64,000 bases of DNA, from assembly GCA_964621445.1 (NCBI GenBank), contig CAZUNO010000009.1:1-64000 (forward strand), given 5' to 3'. Source of the stretch: Candidatus Hadarchaeota archaeon (GTDB taxonomy: Archaea > CAYQAE01 > CAYVLA01). The translations under genes were made by a program, and so were the position numbers. This document shows, one piece after another, positions 59,237 to 64,000 of the stretch (positions within the stretch are counted from its first letter, which is position 1; every line of letters starts with the position of its first letter). The notes under the pieces were generated by a model. It saw only the letters and a list, made by a program, of their open reading frames with translations. It made no database searches and had not been told where the DNA came from.

Positions 59237-60333
59237 ATGGATACAGTTTTAGGTCTGATTTTAGTGGCCGTCGCAACCTCTCTGGGGTGGGGACTTAGAG
59301 GTGAGTGGGGTCACTGGTGGGGGGCGACGGTTCCCGGTGCCTTCTGTGGAATGTCACTATGGCTGGGCTTCGGCACGGTGAGCAATGGTTGGCAGATGAT
59401 CGTTCTAGGTGCGGTTATGGCCGTAAGCCTATCCCTTGGAGGCGTTCTCAGCTATGGACGCATAGTGGGATATGTAAAGGGGCAACATGATAGGCCTCCC
59501 CTATTCGGAGTCCTGGCCCTATTTCTGGTCGGGGGACTCTGGGGTTTCTTCGGCGGAACTGCCCTGGGGCTGATAGCCTCAGAAAAGGATTATGTCTTCG
59601 GGGATATGGCACTGTGGGCGGTTTTGTCCTCCATAGCCGCTTTTGGCTGCTATAAGCTACTGGTAAAAGGTCTTGACCTCCACCTCTCCCCACCCCGCAG
59701 TGATGCATGGGCACCGGTTCTAGGTGCCGCCCTGGGCACCCTGGCCTTCTTCATGATCTATCCCGGGGACTGGTTGGTTGTAGGATTCGGCCTCATAGGC
59801 TGGGCTGGCTTCGGAGGGGGATTCTCCCTGGGATCATTGATTCATCGCTTCTGCCATAATGCTGGATTGGATGTCGACTCCTGGAAATTCATGGAGCACA
59901 GCGTAGGATTCTGGGGAGGTCTCTCCCTTGGAATTGCAGCCTTTCTAAACAACGGGTTGGTCAAATGCCCACCAGCCCCCCGGTCCTACTTACCGCCGGT
60001 CTGGTTGCAATATGGTTGGTGCCCTACATGAATATAACGGATAACGTTCGGTACTGGTCAATGGAAAGGGAATGGATTACACGCCGTTGGTATACAATAT
60101 TCCAGGTCTTTGCTCTTCTCTCCCTGATTCCATTTCTATATGTGCTTCAATTGGCCTTAACGGCATGGAGTGGTCTGAACCACCTAAACATGATAATTAC
60201 GGCCATGATCTGGTTCTTTGTATTGATGGCCATGGCGAAATTCAGATTTAAGATCAGGGGAAAACGGATCCTGGTTAACGGAACTTTCATCATCCAGGCC
60301 GCTTTATGCACCGTGATAATCTGGGTCCTATGA
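59237..60333 (+). pseudogene. Gly-rich polytopic membrane protein split by a frameshift near 59963-59981
   Basis: ORFs 59156..60031 and 59965..60333 overlap; the hydrophobic pattern continues only if the frame changes. Confidence 0.6.
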
Positions 60334-60374
60334 TCTCGATCCGAGGAGATTTAAGTGCCTGACACAATTGTGTC

Positions 60375-61619
60375 TTGATGGTTAATTGGAAATTTTTCAT
60401 CGTTTTTTTCCTTATCTTTGTGAGCCAGGCTTCCGGCTCTACAGATGTTGATTCCCTGGAGGTACTCTGCACCGGCCACGCCTCGGGAATGCCCCTAATG
60501 GCATCCATACTGAAACGTGAGCCAATGACCGATTCGGTAATAATCCCCACCCGGATTGGGAGCCACAACGTCAACCTTGATGGATCCACAATTCGGAGAT
60601 ACATGAGGCTCTATTTTCCTAGGACCTTCCAAGACTTGACCTCCAAATACGAATTCCTTCTTCTGGAGCAGATAGACAGCAGCTACTTCACCCAGAAACA
60701 ATTCCAATGGATGAGGAGGGCAGTTGAGGAGGAGGGACTTGGAGGATTACAGGATCGGAGCGTGATGAGCATGCACCGGGTTTACTCGGATGCTTGGGCA
60801 CAGTCCCCATTGTCCGACGCCTTTCCAAACGATGCAGATATCGTGGTTGAGGTCGACTATCACAGAAATGGTCCTCTGGAGGTCATAATTAACGAGGACC
60901 CGGGCATCCCGGATGTGGTGAAACGATATCAGGATGTCCTCAACCTAAACATTGGGGCCTGGGGCAGCAACCTAATGATCCCCAAAGAGGGCTCCCAAAT
61001 CTACACCTGGTCCAAGACCGGCCAGTTTCCAGAATTCGCCTTCCCGATAAAGGGCCTTTTCCCTCATATACTGGGATGGCAGTATGGAAAGGGATATACG
61101 TGGTCGGTCCAGGATATACTTGGCTCCAGCTTCTGGCATGAGGGGATCAACCCATATGGAACGGACGTAATGATCGCCATGATGATGTACAGCACGGGAA
61201 GAAAGCTACCAGAGGATGTCGTCCTTGTCCACAAGCTGAGATCTAGATTTTCAAATTATCTTGAAAGCAAGAGCTACATTTTCTCGTTGATAGAGTTCGT
61301 GGACAAGTTCGGTGCCAACACACAGGATGTCGAGGAGGAGATTCATGCCCTAGATCTCAGGTGGACCGACTGCAAGGACCTGTACATGCAACAGGCCTAT
61401 GACGACTCCTGGAATTCCTTGGAAAGCGTTCTCCAGGAACTTAGCACGCTGAGAAAGGAGGCAATTGAACTAAAGGAGTCCGCCCTGTTCTGGGTCTATG
61501 CCACAGAATGGCTAGCCATAACCGGTACATTCCTGATAACAGGCTTCGTGGTCTGGACTCTCATGGTTAAGAGGAGGCTTTTCAGGTCCGTTAGTTCCAC
61601 CAAATTGAAGTCGATCTAG
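60375..61619 (+). CDS. Secreted, membrane-anchored protein (paralog of 24799..26037)
   Basis: Shared IRR..R.Y.PR...DL, W.R.AV.EEG.G, W.YG.G.T and C-terminal ALFWVY..EWLA.T.TFLI.G..VW.LM..R.L.R.VS.T. Confidence 0.78.
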   Translation: MMVNWKFFIVFFLIFVSQASGSTDVDSLEVLCTGHASGMPLMASILKREPMTDSVIIPTRIGSHNVNLDGSTIRRYMRLYFPRTFQDLTSKYEFLLLEQIDSSYFTQKQFQWMRRAVEEEGLGGLQDRSVMSMHRVYSDAWAQSPLSDAFPNDADIVVEVDYHRNGPLEVIINEDPGIPDVVKRYQDVLNLNIGAWGSNLMIPKEGSQIYTWSKTGQFPEFAFPIKGLFPHILGWQYGKGYTWSVQDILGSSFWHEGINPYGTDVMIAMMMYSTGRKLPEDVVLVHKLRSRFSNYLESKSYIFSLIEFVDKFGANTQDVEEEIHALDLRWTDCKDLYMQQAYDDSWNSLESVLQELSTLRKEAIELKESALFWVYATEWLAITGTFLITGFVVWTLMVKRRLFRSVSSTKLKSI

Positions 61620-61694
61620 ACAAACCTCGATAAGAGTTATATACGAATCGCAGCCAATATTATACAAGTTACAGCTTGAATAAGAGGTATTAGA

Positions 61695-62597
61695 ATGGCC
61701 GAAAAGATCGTAGGAACCGATAGGCTCAAGAGAGGATTTGCCAAGATGCAGAAGGGCGGGGTAATAATGGATGTCGTCGACGCCGACCAAGCTGGCATCG
61801 CCGAGGACGCCGGTGCCGTCGCCGTCATGGCTCTCCATGCCGTTCCCGCCGATATCAGGGCTGCTGGTGGAGTGGCTAGGATGGCCAACCCAGAGAAGGT
61901 TCAGGAGATCATGGACGCGGTCTCCGTACCGGTGATGGCAAAGGTCAGAATAGGGCATTTTGCCGAGGCCCAGGTGCTGGAGGAAATCGGCGTGGACATG
62001 ATCGATGAAAGCGAGGTACTTACCCCCGCCGATCAAGCCAACCATATAGATAAGAAGAAATTTGACATTCCCTTCGTCTGTGGGGCACGGGATCTGGGGG
62101 AGGCACTGCGCCGGATAGACGAAGGTGCAGCCATGATACGGACAAAGGGCGAGGCTGGAACCGGCAACGTGGTCGAGGCTGTCAGGCACATGAGGACGGT
62201 TAACAAACAGATAGCGGAACTCAGGGGGCTGGCCGATATCTGCGATGATATTGAACTTTTGGCCAAGGCTCGAGAATATGGGGCAACCCTGGATCTGGTG
62301 AGAGAGGTGGCCAAACTAGGCAGGCTACCCGTCGTCAACTTCGCGGCCGGGGGCATAGCAACCCCGGCGGATGCCTCCCTGTGCATGCAGCTCGGTGTGG
62401 ACGGCGTTTTCGTTGGCAGCGGAATATTCAAGTCCGAATCACCTGAAAAAATGGGCAGTGCCATAGTCGAGGCCACCCACAACTACAAGGATCCGAAAAT
62501 CGTGCTCGATTCATCCAGGTCCCTGGGAGAACCCATGAAGGGCCTGGAGATATCAGACCTGCCCTCCGATCAAAGGCTTCAGGAAAGAGGCGTATAG
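61695..62597 (+). CDS. pdxS: PLP synthase subunit PdxS
   Basis: [46 protein letters not shown]. Confidence 0.97.
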   Translation: MAEKIVGTDRLKRGFAKMQKGGVIMDVVDADQAGIAEDAGAVAVMALHAVPADIRAAGGVARMANPEKVQEIMDAVSVPVMAKVRIGHFAEAQVLEEIGVDMIDESEVLTPADQANHIDKKKFDIPFVCGARDLGEALRRIDEGAAMIRTKGEAGTGNVVEAVRHMRTVNKQIAELRGLADICDDIELLAKAREYGATLDLVREVAKLGRLPVVNFAAGGIATPADASLCMQLGVDGVFVGSGIFKSESPEKMGSAIVEATHNYKDPKIVLDSSRSLGEPMKGLEISDLPSDQRLQERGV

Positions 62598-62634
62598 CTA
62601 GGACCCTGTTTTCACGCCCGAGGAGAGGGATTGC

Positions 62635-63273
62635 TTGCCTACGAAAAGCCCAGATCAATTAGTGGTTCTGGGTTTTCAAGGCAACGTCGCTGAACATGTG
62701 GAAGCCCTGCGATCTGCGGTTGACCGCCTTTCCCTGGACGCGGAAGTGAAATCGGGAACGGATCCAGGATCAATAAGAAAGGCCAGCGCGGTCTCCATCC
62801 CCGGGGGAGAAAGCACCACCATATCCAGGCTCATAGCACGTAGGGGTCTAAAAAGGGATCTGATTCACCTGGCCCGGGAGGGTAAACCCATTCTCGGTAC
62901 ATGTGCCGGGCTTATCCTATTGGCCAGAGAGGTGAATGGGCAGGACGTCACCAAACACCCCGGATTTCCGGCCGTAATGGATATTTCAGTGCAGAGAAAT
63001 GCCTTCGGTCGCCAGCGAGAGAGTTTCGAAACCGAGCTGGAGTTGAGATTTCCGGAAAGGACCATGAGGGAAACAGGGGTCTTCATCCGCGCCCCGATGA
63101 TAGAGGAAACCCGAGGCGAATGCTGGCCCATCTCCTGGATCGATGGTGCCATAGTAGCGGCCACAGAGGGAAATATAATCGGGACCTGCTTCCACCCGGA
63201 GCTAACTAGAGAATCTCGTATATACGATCACCTTCTCCTCAGGGCCGGTATGGGGGATGGGCAGGCTGACTGA
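62635..63273 (+). CDS. pdxT: PLP synthase glutaminase subunit PdxT
   Basis: QGNVAEH, PGGESTT, GTCAGLI, RNAFGRQ..SFE, FIRAP, FHPELT. Confidence 0.96.
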   Translation: MPTKSPDQLVVLGFQGNVAEHVEALRSAVDRLSLDAEVKSGTDPGSIRKASAVSIPGGESTTISRLIARRGLKRDLIHLAREGKPILGTCAGLILLAREVNGQDVTKHPGFPAVMDISVQRNAFGRQRESFETELELRFPERTMRETGVFIRAPMIEETRGECWPISWIDGAIVAATEGNIIGTCFHPELTRESRIYDHLLLRAGMGDGQAD

Positions 63274-64000
63274 ACAGGCATTCCTGGGCTTTCAATGCAA
63301 TAGATGTGGATTAACCAGATCCAGCCCTGGAAATTTTCACTGTGATTCCTGCGATGGGGGTGTATTCGAGGCCCGGTACGATCTATCCGCCATCTCAGAA
63401 ATGCCCAAGGACGAAAGCCCATCGGTCTGGAAATACGCCAAGCTTCTCCCCCCCGTCGAGTCCAGCATAACCCTTGGAGAAGGAGGAACGCCGCTTTTCG
63501 AATGTGAGAGGGCCATTTCCAATAGGAGGATATTTCTTAAGGATGAATCGAGAAACCCCACCTCCTCCTTTACAGACCGGGGAAGCACGGTCGCCGTTAG
63601 CGCCTCGCTAAATTCCGGTATTTCCAGGGTCGTTTGCGCCACCCATGGTGACACGGGGGCCTCCGTGGCCGCCTACTCATCAAAGGGCGGACTTCCATGC
63701 ACCATCTTCGCTCCCACCTCGGCGGAGGCCAGCAAGCTACTCCAGACCCTGGTCTACGGGGCAAAGCTCGTGAGAATTCCTGGTGCCTTTAGAAATTCCC
63801 TGGAAAGATGCAAGGCTGCTTGCAGGGAGGGGTGTACTAACCTTACCCTCGAGACGAACGTCCACGCTGTCGAGGGCGAAAAGACCACTGGAATTGAAAT
63901 AGCCGATCAGCTGGGATGGACAGCGCCCGATTTCGTGGTTGTCCCGGCGGGCACGGGAACCAATCTCTACGCCACCTGGAAGGGCTACAAGGAGATGGAG
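63257..64000 (+). CDS. Threonine synthase-like protein lacking the PLP lysine (3' truncated by window edge)
   Basis: Hand translation: CNRC...CDSC, VWKY, TLGEGGTPL, KDESRNPTSSFTDRG, ATHGDTGAS, EGEKTT..EIA.QLGW..PD. Absent from the ORF track because it has no stop in the window. Confidence 0.85.
   Translation, partial: MGRLTEQAFLGFQCNRCGLTRSSPGNFHCDSCDGGVFEARYDLSAISEMPKDESPSVWKYAKLLPPVESSITLGEGGTPLFECERAISNRRIFLKDESRNPTSSFTDRGSTVAVSASLNSGISRVVCATHGDTGASVAAYSSKGGLPCTIFAPTSAEASKLLQTLVYGAKLVRIPGAFRNSLERCKAACREGCTNLTLETNVHAVEGEKTTGIEIADQLGWTAPDFVVVPAGTGTNLYATWKGYKEME

Noticed and set aside
1-64000. CRISPR arrays, IS elements, integrases, rRNA/tRNA genes, and the many long antisense ORFs in the track (e.g. 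483..1097, 6095..6859, 22789..23469, 57430..58248)
   Set aside because: None of the former were found by eye. The antisense ORFs shadow well-supported genes and show no family motifs.

Overview
Archaeal chromosomal segment, densely coding, about 60 CDS. Archaeal markers include the PolD small subunit, uL16/L10e, archaeal DnaG, CDC48, tRNA-splicing endonuclease, BRE/TATA promoters and many TTG/GTG starts. The lineage cannot be fixed from this window; it looks like an uncultured anaerobic heterotroph. The first 12 kb hold a PAS/GAF histidine kinase and a bacterial-looking carbohydrate/sulfate-ester cluster. The middle holds housekeeping genes, a heat-shock operon (hsp20-Phr/HSR1-cdc48) with its operator, and a BMP-type ABC transporter. 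Most notable: (1) at 49.9-55.1 kb, an ECF transporter whose S component is fused to a Cys-less sulfite-oxidase/molybdopterin-binding-like domain, preceded by a membrane-anchored protein made of four such domains, with a ModE-box-like palindrome just downstream of the TATA box; this is a candidate Mo/W-cofactor scavenging system. (2) An unannotated ~210-nt structured RNA with its own promoter whose closing stem covers the DUF167 start codon, upstream of dnaG. (3) A three-unit epsilon2 (ARMAN-type) tRNA-splicing endonuclease. (4) A candidate box C/D guide RNA complementary to 16S rRNA. (5) Several enzyme homologues with altered catalytic motifs (DP1, ThrC, NpdG, a Thr-type sulfatase). No rRNA, tRNA, CRISPR array or transposase was seen. 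All calls come from reading motifs by eye; no searches were run.
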